From positions 1 to 39,173 of the forward strand of contig JBATHI010000028.1 of the NCBI GenBank assembly GCA_049666645.1: 39,173 nt of DNA, written 5' to 3'. The position numbers and the translations under genes were made by a program. The DNA comes from Flavobacteriaceae bacterium (GTDB lineage Bacteria > Bacteroidota > Bacteroidia > Flavobacteriales > Flavobacteriaceae). Below the pieces are notes generated by a model that was given only the letters and a program-made list of their open reading frames with translations, was not told the origin of the DNA and searched no databases. This document shows, piece after piece, positions 16,199 through 25,700 of this stretch (within the stretch, counting starts at the first letter, position 1; each line of letters starts with the position of its first letter).

Positions 16199-19060
16199 TT
16201 ATTTTGCCAACAAGGAATCAAGCAGTTTTTGCTGGCCGGTATCTTTTTTGTTCAACCGCCCTTTCAATGCTTTTAGTGCATTATTGGAAGTTTTGCCGTT
16301 CAATGCGGCGACCCTGCGCATCGCATAGCTCAAAAAACGGGGGTCCTTGGCAAGTTCAGCCATTCGCAGCAAACGATCGGCATCCAAAGATGCAAGTGGT
16401 TCCATGGCATACCACAGCATCATAGGGATATTGTGGTCTTCAAGATCTTCCGGATGCCTTACCAGGGCAGTGAGCACCTCCCACCGCCGGCCCAGGGCCA
16501 ATCTTTGCGTAGCAGCTGCCAGATAAAGCCGCACCAAGGCCGATCTGTCCTTGTTCGCCATTTCAACAAAACGCTGCAAACTGATCTTGGATACATTCTT
16601 ATCCTCAGCTAACAGTTGAACCGCCCAACTCCTGATGTATTCGTCCTCATTTCCCAAAAGATCGTTCAAGTCTGTTTCGCTGAGTCCGCCCGTCACGTGA
16701 AGCGCCCATAATGCCCTTAATCTGCGGGACACATCGGGATGGTTCGCCAAAATTCCTTTCAGCGCCCTATGCACCACAGGGTTGGGACCGCGCTCCTGAA
16801 GGATGGTACGTGCCTGTCGTACATACCACTCGTTCGGATTCAATTGATAATTCACCAATTCCATATCCGAAGCCTGTGACAGATCGACCCGTACCCAGGT
16901 ATCGTTCTTGTGGCTTATCTTAAAGATGCGGCCCAAGGTTTTATCGTGCACATCGGGATTGGGGCTGTGACATTGGTTTTTGTCGTACCAATCTATGGCG
17001 AAAACCGATCCACTGGGGCCATACTTCATATTGAGCCATTGCGACCACGAGTCGTTCATCACGATAAAATCTTTGTTGTGCGATGCGATATAACCCGAGC
17101 CCGACCGGGACAGTTGGTCATTGTTGAGTCTTGCTCCGTTGATGTTGTTCATAAAAATCGTGTTCCGGTATGCTCCGGGCCAGGAATCGCCACCCAGATA
17201 AATCATGGCCCCGGCATGTGCATGTCCGCCCCCGGCCGCTGCCGATCTGAAATTTCCCGCATGCGGACCGCGATCGCCAAGCCAGTGGACATGATCCCCA
17301 ATGGTTTTGATATCATCGTAGGTATACGGATTGAAATGTTCGCCTGCCTGTCGTTCGAAGCGGGCTCCCTGAACGATATTGAACATATGGGGAATGACAC
17401 AGACCGTGATGAACGCATGACCGTAATCATTGAAATCGATGCCCCAAGGATTGCTGGTGCCTTCGGCAAAAACTTCAAACCGTTTTTTGGTGGGATGGTA
17501 CCGCCATACCCCGGCGTTCATTCCGGTGCGCTGCCCATCGGTAGCCCCGGGCTTGCCGATATTCGAATGGGTGAAAACCCCTTGCAAGCCATATAGCCAA
17601 CCATCCGGGCCCCATCTGAGGTTGTTGAGTACCTCATGGGTATCATCGAGGCCCCAACCATCCAACAGTTTTTGGGGCGGACCTGCGGGTTTGTCCTTCT
17701 CGGCATCTATAGGTATGTACAGCAAGTACGGGGCCGCACAGAGCCATACACCTCCCATCCCAACCTCTATGCCACTGACAAGGTTAAGACCTTCGGCAAA
17801 AATTTTTCTGTTGTCCAAGGTACCATCACCATTGGTGTCCTCAAAAATAAGGATGCGGTCTTTACCCTCGCCTACCGAGGCGGGCACCGGATAGGTATGT
17901 GCTTCGACTACCCAAAGCCTGCCCCGTGGATCTATGGTAAAACTGATGGGGCGAACGACATCGGGTTCGGCAGCGGCAAGGGTAATCTTAAAATCGGGGG
18001 GCATTGCCATGGCATTCGCGGCGTCCTTCCCGGAAAGTCCGGAATTTATGATGGGATCTATGGGCGGCAGCACAATGATATCGTCTTGATTAAGTTCATT
18101 GGGAAAATAAGGTCGGCTGGGGTAGAACAAAAAATCATCAAAACTGATGTGTGCCCATTGATCATCCCCGATATAGGGAATCGTCGATATCCCGGTCTCA
18201 TTGTCAACGATTCGAACAAAGATTTCCTTTCCCAAAAATGGGGCCATATCGATAACGACGGGTTGCATTGTGGCACGGCCTTGCCCTGTGGACTTAAAAA
18301 TTACCTCATTGTTATCGGCCAGCACAACCTCAACACGTGTGTCTGCCAAGGCACCGCCCGAAATCTTAAAGGACGCAAACGGTTGGCTTACCTGAAAGGG
18401 AATGGAGGTGAGCGTGCCTTTCCGTTGATAATCCTTGGCGCCACCACTGCTCAGGTAATAATCCCCATCAAATCCAACGGTCACGCCCTCCTCATAGACT
18501 GCGGAAGAAATGCTATAGGGATTTTTAAAGGCGTCCCCGCTAGCCGTCCAGTCGACCAAGGTCCCCCGTTCAAAACCCAGGTTCAGGGGTCTTCCGTTCT
18601 TCAAGGGCACTTTGCCCTCAACCCCCGGACCTGAAAGGTTGCCCGCTACAATTTCGAACCTGCCTACCATGCCTGCAGCCCTATGACCCGGCACCGTACA
18701 ATAATAGGTATCGTCGTTTTCCGCCCAAAATGCGATACTGGTCGTTGCTCCCTTTTCGAGCAATGTACCGCTTTTGATCCCCAATTTTTCCATGGCGATA
18801 TCATGGGTCATGGTTTCCCCATTTGTAATCGTAATGCGCACACGATCCCCTATGTTGGCCCTTAAAATGGGATTTCTGGTACCATCCGGCGCAAAATAGC
18901 CCAGCATGCTGGCTTCAAGTGCATATTCACGGTCGATGATCGTGGAATCACGCAATTGGTTTTCGGCGGATACCTCCTTCACCGTGGGCCTACAACGGAT
19001 GAATGCACTTAAGACGATCAAAAACACACAGCCAAAGGCAATTGAACGATAATTTTTCAT
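16199..19060 (-). CDS. PVC-type membrane-bound dehydrogenase-like protein: cupredoxin + beta-sandwich + beta-propeller + HEAT repeats
   Basis: Signal/lipoprotein-like N-terminus; H...CTVPGHRAAGM copper site; propeller motifs AAEPDV..P....D.RGRLWV, EDTNGDG, WGPDGWLY, NPWGIDF; HEAT-like RLRALWAL, IRSWAVQLL. ATG 19060. Confidence 0.85.
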   Translation of the reverse strand: MKNYRSIAFGCVFLIVLSAFIRCRPTVKEVSAENQLRDSTIIDREYALEASMLGYFAPDGTRNPILRANIGDRVRITITNGETMTHDIAMEKLGIKSGTLLEKGATTSIAFWAENDDTYYCTVPGHRAAGMVGRFEIVAGNLSGPGVEGKVPLKNGRPLNLGFERGTLVDWTASGDAFKNPYSISSAVYEEGVTVGFDGDYYLSSGGAKDYQRKGTLTSIPFQVSQPFASFKISGGALADTRVEVVLADNNEVIFKSTGQGRATMQPVVIDMAPFLGKEIFVRIVDNETGISTIPYIGDDQWAHISFDDFLFYPSRPYFPNELNQDDIIVLPPIDPIINSGLSGKDAANAMAMPPDFKITLAAAEPDVVRPISFTIDPRGRLWVVEAHTYPVPASVGEGKDRILIFEDTNGDGTLDNRKIFAEGLNLVSGIEVGMGGVWLCAAPYLLYIPIDAEKDKPAGPPQKLLDGWGLDDTHEVLNNLRWGPDGWLYGLQGVFTHSNIGKPGATDGQRTGMNAGVWRYHPTKKRFEVFAEGTSNPWGIDFNDYGHAFITVCVIPHMFNIVQGARFERQAGEHFNPYTYDDIKTIGDHVHWLGDRGPHAGNFRSAAAGGGHAHAGAMIYLGGDSWPGAYRNTIFMNNINGARLNNDQLSRSGSGYIASHNKDFIVMNDSWSQWLNMKYGPSGSVFAIDWYDKNQCHSPNPDVHDKTLGRIFKISHKNDTWVRVDLSQASDMELVNYQLNPNEWYVRQARTILQERGPNPVVHRALKGILANHPDVSRRLRALWALHVTGGLSETDLNDLLGNEDEYIRSWAVQLLAEDKNVSKISLQRFVEMANKDRSALVRLYLAAATQRLALGRRWEVLTALVRHPEDLEDHNIPMMLWYAMEPLASLDADRLLRMAELAKDPRFLSYAMRRVAALNGKTSNNALKALKGRLNKKDTGQQKLLDSLLAK

Positions 19061-19116
19061 TTTGGTGGGTTGGCGTTTTAGGCTTTTCGTGAGTAGGGCA
19101 ATGAGCAATGCATTGT

Positions 19117-19752
19117 TTATTTGAGTTCTTCGATACTGATCTCTTTAAAGGACACCTTTGCCTTGCCACCGCCATGGATCTGCAATCCAATAAGCCCGGA
19201 TTGTGGGATACCGAGATCCGTTTCGGTATAGTCAACGGTCTGATGACCATTGATGTATAAACGTATCCTACGGTCTTCGGCCCGTATCTCATAATCGTTC
19301 CATTCATCGATCTTGATCCATTTCATGACCTGAACGGAATCAGGAGCCATCAAGGTCTTGCTCCTGCGTGATTCATCGTAAAGGCTTGCCCAATAGCCTT
19401 CGCCCCAATCTGCTTGGTACCCTTTCATTTCGTAGTGTGGATCTGTTAGTCGCTCGCTTCGGAATTGAATGCCCGAGTTGATGAAACCTTCTTTTCCGGT
19501 CAATTTAATTTTGAGCTTCAACACAAAATTGGTGTAAGGGCGATCTGTACAAAGAAAATCGTTGTTGGGAACCACATTCTTCAACGAGCCCCCGACGATG
19601 GTGCCCGTTTCAATGCGCCAGGTACTGAGCGTATCGCCCTCCCACCCCTTAAACGTTTGACCGTCGAATAGTGGTTTCGCCTGGCCAATGATCGGGGAAT
19701 GACTTAAAAACAAAATAAACAACAGATTAAAACAGATCGGGAATACTTTCAT
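19117..19752 (-). CDS. DUF1080 / 3-keto-disaccharide hydrolase family protein, secreted
   Basis: LFDGQTFKGW, NSGIQFRS, GYQAD, WNDYEI, GLIGLQIH motifs; signal peptide. Confidence 0.92.
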   Translation of the reverse strand: MKVFPICFNLLFILFLSHSPIIGQAKPLFDGQTFKGWEGDTLSTWRIETGTIVGGSLKNVVPNNDFLCTDRPYTNFVLKLKIKLTGKEGFINSGIQFRSERLTDPHYEMKGYQADWGEGYWASLYDESRRSKTLMAPDSVQVMKWIKIDEWNDYEIRAEDRRIRLYINGHQTVDYTETDLGIPQSGLIGLQIHGGGKAKVSFKEISIEELK

Positions 19753-19990
19753 AAAGTGAATCTTTATTTATATATCCAACAAGAGCAAAAAGTCCGGTAG
19801 TACGGCACGACAATCCAAATGCAATTGCGGAAGATGCCCACGCCTAACCGCAGTGGCCAATCCACCCATATTAAAAATAGAGATTTAATTCTGATTATCG
19901 GCACTATAATTTGACTTTCATACACTTATAAGTGGAAAAGCAAACACTGAATTTCAGGGAGGGAATAACAACAAAAGAAGAGATGGTGGG

Positions 19991-20857
19991 TCAAGAATAT
20001 TTCGAAAACAAATCGCTTGCCTTGTTGAATGCCGCTTCAAAAGCCATCCATTTGACGCCGGTATCGACCTTTTTGGACGTAAAATAAGACAGCATTTTTT
20101 CGGTGGGCATATTTCCCGTAAGTTCATCCTTGGCCATGGGACAACCGCCGAAACCCTGTACCGCCCCGTCGTACCTTCGGCAGCCCGCAACGAAAGCGGC
20201 ATCGACTTTTTCATGCCATTTGCTGGGCGTGGTGTGCAGGTGTGCCCCAAACTCGATATCGGGGTATTTGGGGATCAGGTTTGAAAAAAGATAGGAGATG
20301 TTATCGGGAGTTGAGGTACCCACCGTATCGGAAAGCGATAAGATCCTTGCTCCCATTGCGGCCAATCGCTCTGTCCATTCCCCCACGACCTCCACGCTCC
20401 ATGGATCTCCATACGGATTGCCAAAGCCCATCGAAATATAGGTGACCACCTCTTTTCCTTCATGATTGGCCAAAAGGAATATTTCCCTTAAGGTCTCAAC
20501 AGATTGGGCAATGGTGCTATGGGTATTCCGCATTTGAAAGTTTTCCGATATGGAAAAAGGATATCCCAGGTAATCGATCGCCCTAAAACCACAGGCATCG
20601 CGGGCGCCGCGAACGTTCGCCACGATTGCCAAAAGCTTGCTTTCGGTATGGGTCAAATCGAGTTGTGAAATGACTTCGGCCGTATCGGCCATTTGGGGTA
20701 TGGCTCTGGGAGAGACAAAACTGCCGAAATCGATGGTATCAAATCCACAGCCCAGCAAAGCCTGCAGGTAAGCAACCTTTTGTACAGTGGGGATAAATGA
20801 CTTTATGCCCTGCATGGCATCCCTTGGGCATTCTATGATCTTGATCCTATCGGACAT
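19991..20857 (-). CDS. Hydroxymethylglutaryl-CoA lyase
   Basis: ECPRDAMQG, SFVSPRAIPQMAD, LSDTVG, HLH, GGCPMA...GN. Confidence 0.93.
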   Translation of the reverse strand: MSDRIKIIECPRDAMQGIKSFIPTVQKVAYLQALLGCGFDTIDFGSFVSPRAIPQMADTAEVISQLDLTHTESKLLAIVANVRGARDACGFRAIDYLGYPFSISENFQMRNTHSTIAQSVETLREIFLLANHEGKEVVTYISMGFGNPYGDPWSVEVVGEWTERLAAMGARILSLSDTVGTSTPDNISYLFSNLIPKYPDIEFGAHLHTTPSKWHEKVDAAFVAGCRRYDGAVQGFGGCPMAKDELTGNMPTEKMLSYFTSKKVDTGVKWMAFEAAFNKASDLFSKYS

Positions 20858-20889
20858 GTATACCGTTTTGTGCTATCTCAAAATTAGTA

Positions 20890-21516
20890 CTATTTATCTG
20901 ATAATAACAGATAGGTTCCTATGCCGACAAAGACCACGATTTGAAGCCATTTTAGAAATGTGCCCGTACCTGAATGCCCTGAAATGTATTTGGCGATGGA
21001 ACCGCTTAGCACGGCGATCAAACTGAATACGATGGCGGAAACGAGCATAAAAAGCAGTCCTAAAATATAAAACTGCGCTATGGTCCCCATGGTTTTGCTG
21101 AAGAGAAAGCCAGGGAAAAAGGCCAAAAAGAAAATGGTGACCTTGGGGTTCAGTACATTCATGATAAACCCTTGTTTGTAGAGCTGTCCCAGCCCCTTTT
21201 TCGGCAGTCGTTCAGAAGTGAGCCTGAGGGAAGCTTCGGTGCGATAGACCTGGAAAGCCAAATAAAATAGATAGAGCGCACCCATCAATTTAATGATGAA
21301 AAACAAATAAGGGTTTGCCTTGATCAAGGCGGATACCCCGAAGGCCAATAGGGTGGTATGCACCAAACAGCCCGAAATCAAGCCCGCAACCGTCGCCAAG
21401 CCATACTGTTTGCCATTGGTGATGCTCTGCATCAGCACATAAATATTGTCGGGGCCCGGGGAGATGGCAAGGGCAGCGGTGGCAAACATGAAGGCGTAAA
21501 GTATATTGTAGTCCAA
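20890..21516 (-). CDS. LysE family translocator
   Basis: SPGPDNIYV, GALYLFYLA, NVLNPK. TTG 21516 is the likely start (ORF track gives 21558). Confidence 0.9.
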   Translation of the reverse strand: MDYNILYAFMFATAALAISPGPDNIYVLMQSITNGKQYGLATVAGLISGCLVHTTLLAFGVSALIKANPYLFFIIKLMGALYLFYLAFQVYRTEASLRLTSERLPKKGLGQLYKQGFIMNVLNPKVTIFFLAFFPGFLFSKTMGTIAQFYILGLLFMLVSAIVFSLIAVLSGSIAKYISGHSGTGTFLKWLQIVVFVGIGTYLLLSDK

Positions 21517-21620
21517 CTTAGACGATTTAGGGCCATTGGCCGATTTGTAGACCAGCAAATATGCAACAAAACCATGTGGAATGTATGGCTGTTTTTGTTA
21601 TCTTCCGAAAAATTTTTAAA

Positions 21621-22043
21621 ATGAAACCGATCTATCTGGCCATTACCCTCTTTGTGACAATCTCATCGTTAATACTGATCTCCTTCAATTCGAACGAACC
21701 TACGCAAGAAAAAACCAACCCAACCATGAAAAAAGACAGTGTTTTACGTCATGTGGTGCTTTTCAAGTTCAATGAAGGCTCCACCACTGAGGACATTAAG
21801 GAGATTGAAATGGCCTTTAAGGCGCTTCCCTCCAAAATTTCGGAAATTAAAGGATTTGAATGGGGCTTGAACAACAGTCCGGAAAGCCTCAATAAAGGCT
21901 TTACCCATTGCTTTTTTCTTTCTTTCGACAGCGAAGAAGATCGGGCCACGTATCTGCCACATCCAGACCACAAAGCGTTCGGTGCATTGCTGGGCCCGCA
22001 TTTGGCCGATGTTTTGGTAGTCGATTATTGGACTTCGGAATAA
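21621..22043 (+). CDS. Dabb family (stress-responsive A/B barrel) protein with N-terminal signal/anchor
   Basis: LRHVVLFKF, GFTHCF, YLPHPDH, VLVVDY; ATG 21621 follows an A-rich leader. Confidence 0.9.
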   Translation: MKPIYLAITLFVTISSLILISFNSNEPTQEKTNPTMKKDSVLRHVVLFKFNEGSTTEDIKEIEMAFKALPSKISEIKGFEWGLNNSPESLNKGFTHCFFLSFDSEEDRATYLPHPDHKAFGALLGPHLADVLVVDYWTSE

Positions 22044-22096
22044 ACACCTAGGCAATAAACACCTTGTCTTGTTGGGGTGCGCGAAGCCAACACCCA

Positions 22097-23146
22097 TCAA
22101 TGGGGCGTTGTTGCCTCAAGTATCGCCTTGTTGATCCTTTTCACCAAACCGGGCCCTTCATATACAAAGCCCGTCCATACTTGCACCAAATCGGCACCGG
22201 CATGCAATTTTTCGAGGGCATCTTCGGGGGAATGGATGCCGCCCACGCCAATGATGGGAAACGATTTGCCGCTTTTTTCGGCCAGAAATCGAATGACATC
22301 CGTACTCCTTTCCCGTAGGGGTTTTCCACTCAGCCCCCCTTTTTCTTCCGTGTTCACCAGATCCGATTTCAGATCGCGGCGTTCAATGGTGGTATTGGTA
22401 GCAATGACCCCGTCTATTTTGGTAAACTGAACAATTTCAATGATATCCATCAATTGCTCATCACTAAGGTCTGGGGCAATTTTCAAGAGGATAGGCTTTT
22501 CCTTTCCCGTCCCGAGGCGTGTTGACACTTTGGCGTTCTCCTTTTTGAGTTCCATGAGCAGGCCCGTCAATGGTGCCTTATCTTGAAGTTCCCTCAGTCC
22601 AGGCGTATTCGGGGAACTCACATTGATCACAAAATAATCGACATGTTCAAAAAGGGCATCAAAACAGATCAGATAATCTTTGATGGCATCTTCATTTGAG
22701 GTGTCTTTATTTTTTCCAATATTGCCCCCGATCAAAACCCTATGTTTTTTCTTCAACCTTTCCACCGCATCAAAAACGCCAAGGTTGTTGAAGCCCATTC
22801 GGTTGATAATCGCTTTATCGGCGCGCAGTCTGAACAGTCTATTCTTTGGGTTACCAATTTGTGGTTTTGGGGTCAGGGTCCCAATTTCTATAAACCCAAA
22901 ACCAAAGTCGCTCAACTCATTGTATAGTTTGGCGTCTTTATCAAAACCGGCGGCCAGTCCAACGGGATTGGGAAAGCGGATACCGAAAACCTCACGCTCC
23001 AATCTTCTGTCTTGGATTACATAAAGCCTTCGAAAAAGGCCGGAAAAACCAATTTTTGAAACGATCTTAAGGAGCCTAAAGCTGAAGTGGTGCACCCATT
23101 CCGGATCCAGTTGGAACAAGATTGGCCTTAGGATATATTTGTACAT
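22097..23146 (-). CDS. pyrD: Quinone-dependent dihydroorotate dehydrogenase
   Basis: [39 protein letters not shown]. Confidence 0.97.
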   Translation of the reverse strand: MYKYILRPILFQLDPEWVHHFSFRLLKIVSKIGFSGLFRRLYVIQDRRLEREVFGIRFPNPVGLAAGFDKDAKLYNELSDFGFGFIEIGTLTPKPQIGNPKNRLFRLRADKAIINRMGFNNLGVFDAVERLKKKHRVLIGGNIGKNKDTSNEDAIKDYLICFDALFEHVDYFVINVSSPNTPGLRELQDKAPLTGLLMELKKENAKVSTRLGTGKEKPILLKIAPDLSDEQLMDIIEIVQFTKIDGVIATNTTIERRDLKSDLVNTEEKGGLSGKPLRERSTDVIRFLAEKSGKSFPIIGVGGIHSPEDALEKLHAGADLVQVWTGFVYEGPGLVKRINKAILEATTPH

Positions 23147-23233
23147 AAAAAATTTAAAGATTTCGCCAAAAATACAAACTCGGCGCGGGTATTTGGGCAG
23201 ACACCGGCTATTTTATCAACAGTGATGGGTTAA

Positions 23234-23677
23234 TTACTTGGGGGCGATACTATCTTTATAAACCCTTGGGACAACGTTGATGGGTTCCCTTAAGGCTTCT
23301 TTGCAGAGCAACAAGTAGCGTTGGTATTGTTTTTCATTGAATACAGACAACAATTTCGTATCCGTTTCCCTTGCCAGACCCACCAACTCTTGTTGCAGGG
23401 CCTTGTACTTCACGGCCAGTTTCGTTAAATCCTCCTCACTGGATTGCGGATGTTCCTTGAACAATTGCTGTATTGCGTCGACCACTTTTTTCTCGGAGAT
23501 GGCATAATGGCCCCTTAAGGAATCCATCAGTACTTTTTGGGAGGCGTTCAGTTGAAAATTGGAGATAATGGCTTCGGTATTCTTCCCGCCTGTGCCCAAG
23601 GAGCAATCCTGGGCTTTGAGGACAACATGGGATAGCAAAAACAGCAACATCAATCCAAAATATCTTAAGTACCCCAT
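23234..23677 (-). CDS. Hypothetical secreted helical protein
   Basis: Signal peptide ending LKA-Q; helical composition; start uncertain (23677 or 23704). Confidence 0.7.
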   Translation of the reverse strand: MGYLRYFGLMLLFLLSHVVLKAQDCSLGTGGKNTEAIISNFQLNASQKVLMDSLRGHYAISEKKVVDAIQQLFKEHPQSSEEDLTKLAVKYKALQQELVGLARETDTKLLSVFNEKQYQRYLLLCKEALREPINVVPRVYKDSIAPK

Positions 23678-23743
23678 AACCTCTTTTGATTTCGCCTGTA
23701 ACATTTGCTATATAAACAGTATTTTTATTCAAAAATTATACCA

Positions 23744-24979
23744 ATGCAACACATTATCGATCGTTTTATAAGCTATGTTACAATCGATACGCAAAGCGAT
23801 CCCAATTCGGATAGCACCCCAAGCACGGAAAAACAATGGAAACTTGCAGATTTATTGGTAGATGAACTTATGGGCATTGGTATGGAAGAGGTGTCCATTG
23901 ATGAGAACGCCTATATTATGGCAACCTTGCCGGGCAACTTGGCATATGAAGTTCCCGTGATCGGGTTTATCTCCCATTTCGATACCTCGCCCGATTTCAC
24001 CGCTACCAATGTAAAGCCCAAGATCTTTCCCGATTATGATGGGAACGATATCGTCCTCAATGCAGAGGTAGTACTCTCACCGCAGTATTTTGAAGACCTG
24101 CTGCTATACAAAGGGCAGACGTTGATCACCACCGACGGCACCACCCTTTTGGGGGCTGATGACAAAGCCGGAATTACCGAAATTGTATGCGCTATGGAAT
24201 ACCTCCTTGCACATCCGGAAATTAAGCATGGCAAAGTGCGGGTGGGATTCACACCGGACGAGGAAATTGGTCGTGGCGCCCACCTCTTCGATGTCAAGAA
24301 ATTCGGTGCCGATTGGGCATATACTATTGACGGAAGCCAAATCGGGGAACTCGAATACGAAAATTTCAACGCTGCAAGGGCGAAAGTGACCATAAAGGGC
24401 AAGAGCGTGCATCCGGGTTATGCCAAAAATAAAATGGTGAATGCCATCAGTATAGCCAATGAATTTATGGGAATCTTGCCGCCCGAAGAAACGCCTCAAC
24501 ATACCGAGGGCAGGGAAGGCTTTTTTCATATCAACCATATGAAAGGGGAAATCGAATATTCAGAATTCGAGCTGATCATCCGGGACCACGACCGGGAACA
24601 TTTCGGGAGACGCAAACAATTATTGATGGACATCGCCGAAAAGTTGAATATGACCTATGGCGATTGCATCACCCTAGAAATAAAAGATCAATATTTCAAT
24701 ATGCGCGAAAAAGTGGAACCCATATTTCATATCGTGGAACTTGCCAAGGAAGCCATGGAAGCTGTGGGCATTACCCCCATCATTAAACCGATCCGAGGGG
24801 GCACCGATGGTTCACAACTTAGTTTTAAAGGGCTTCCCTGTCCCAATATATTTGCGGGCGGCCATAATTTTCATGGCAAATTTGAATATGTTCCCGTAGA
24901 AAGCATGCAAAAAGCGGTCGACGTTATCGTAAAAATTTGCGAACTTGTAGGAACCAAAGCAGCATATATCAAAAAATAA
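23744..24979 (+). CDS. pepT: Peptidase T
   Basis: HFDTSPD, LGADDKAG, FTPDEEIGRG, IRGGTDG, NFHG; ATG 23744. Confidence 0.96.
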   Translation: MQHIIDRFISYVTIDTQSDPNSDSTPSTEKQWKLADLLVDELMGIGMEEVSIDENAYIMATLPGNLAYEVPVIGFISHFDTSPDFTATNVKPKIFPDYDGNDIVLNAEVVLSPQYFEDLLLYKGQTLITTDGTTLLGADDKAGITEIVCAMEYLLAHPEIKHGKVRVGFTPDEEIGRGAHLFDVKKFGADWAYTIDGSQIGELEYENFNAARAKVTIKGKSVHPGYAKNKMVNAISIANEFMGILPPEETPQHTEGREGFFHINHMKGEIEYSEFELIIRDHDREHFGRRKQLLMDIAEKLNMTYGDCITLEIKDQYFNMREKVEPIFHIVELAKEAMEAVGITPIIKPIRGGTDGSQLSFKGLPCPNIFAGGHNFHGKFEYVPVESMQKAVDVIVKICELVGTKAAYIKK

Positions 24980-25031
24980 CCCATTCCCTTGGCGGCCATT
25001 TCACCAAGAATGGAAATCCATCAACCGCTCT

Positions 25032-25628
25032 ATGGATATTTCGAGAAAAACAGAAGCCTATTTCGCCAAAGAACGTCCCTTTAAATCAGGGCTTGCCCTT
25101 TTAAGGGAATTGGCGCTTAAGACCGAACTTCAGGAAACCTTCAAATGGAGTACCCCTGTTTACACCATAGATGGTAAGAACGTGTTGGGGATCACGGCCT
25201 TTAAGGGCCATTTTGGCGTTTGGTTCTTCAACGGGGTCTTCTTAAAAGACCCGAAAAAGGTGTTGGTCAATGCCCAAGAAGGCAAAACCAAATCGATGCG
25301 GCACTGGAAATTCACCTCCGTGGATCAACTCAATCAAAGGGAGGTACTTTCCTATATGGAAGAAGCAATTGAAAACCAGAAAAAAGGACTTGTTCTGAAC
25401 ACGCAAAAACGGCCCAAGCCAAAAATGAAGGTACCCTTACTCTTGGCATCGGCATTGAAAAAAAACGAGCTGGCGAAAAGGAATTTCGAGGCGCTCCCTC
25501 CTTATAAACAAAATGAATATTCGGAATATATCACCACCGCAAAACAAGAAAAGACCAAGCTTTCCCGTTTGGAAAAAATACTCCCGATGATCATTGAAGG
25601 AATCGGCTTTAACGACAAATATCGATAA
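25032..25628 (+). CDS. YdeI/OmpD-associated family protein (DUF1801 N-terminal domain)
   Basis: ETFKWSTPVY, WFFNGVFLKDP, YITTAKQEKTKLSRLEK. Confidence 0.88.
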   Translation: MDISRKTEAYFAKERPFKSGLALLRELALKTELQETFKWSTPVYTIDGKNVLGITAFKGHFGVWFFNGVFLKDPKKVLVNAQEGKTKSMRHWKFTSVDQLNQREVLSYMEEAIENQKKGLVLNTQKRPKPKMKVPLLLASALKKNELAKRNFEALPPYKQNEYSEYITTAKQEKTKLSRLEKILPMIIEGIGFNDKYR

Positions 25629-25700
25629 CGGCCCAACCCCTATCGATCCATGGCGATTCGATAAGCCGGTGATCCATGCCCATCGTTTCAAACAAACGGG

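Noticed and set aside
16910..18634. Plus-strand ORFs of 228 and 332 aa inside the large dehydrogenase-like gene
   Set aside because: Antisense-frame artefacts of codon bias; no protein-family features.
19923..19934. 12-bp palindrome CACTTATAAGTG upstream of DUF1080
   Set aside because: Single short occurrence, compatible with chance, with no supporting second copy.
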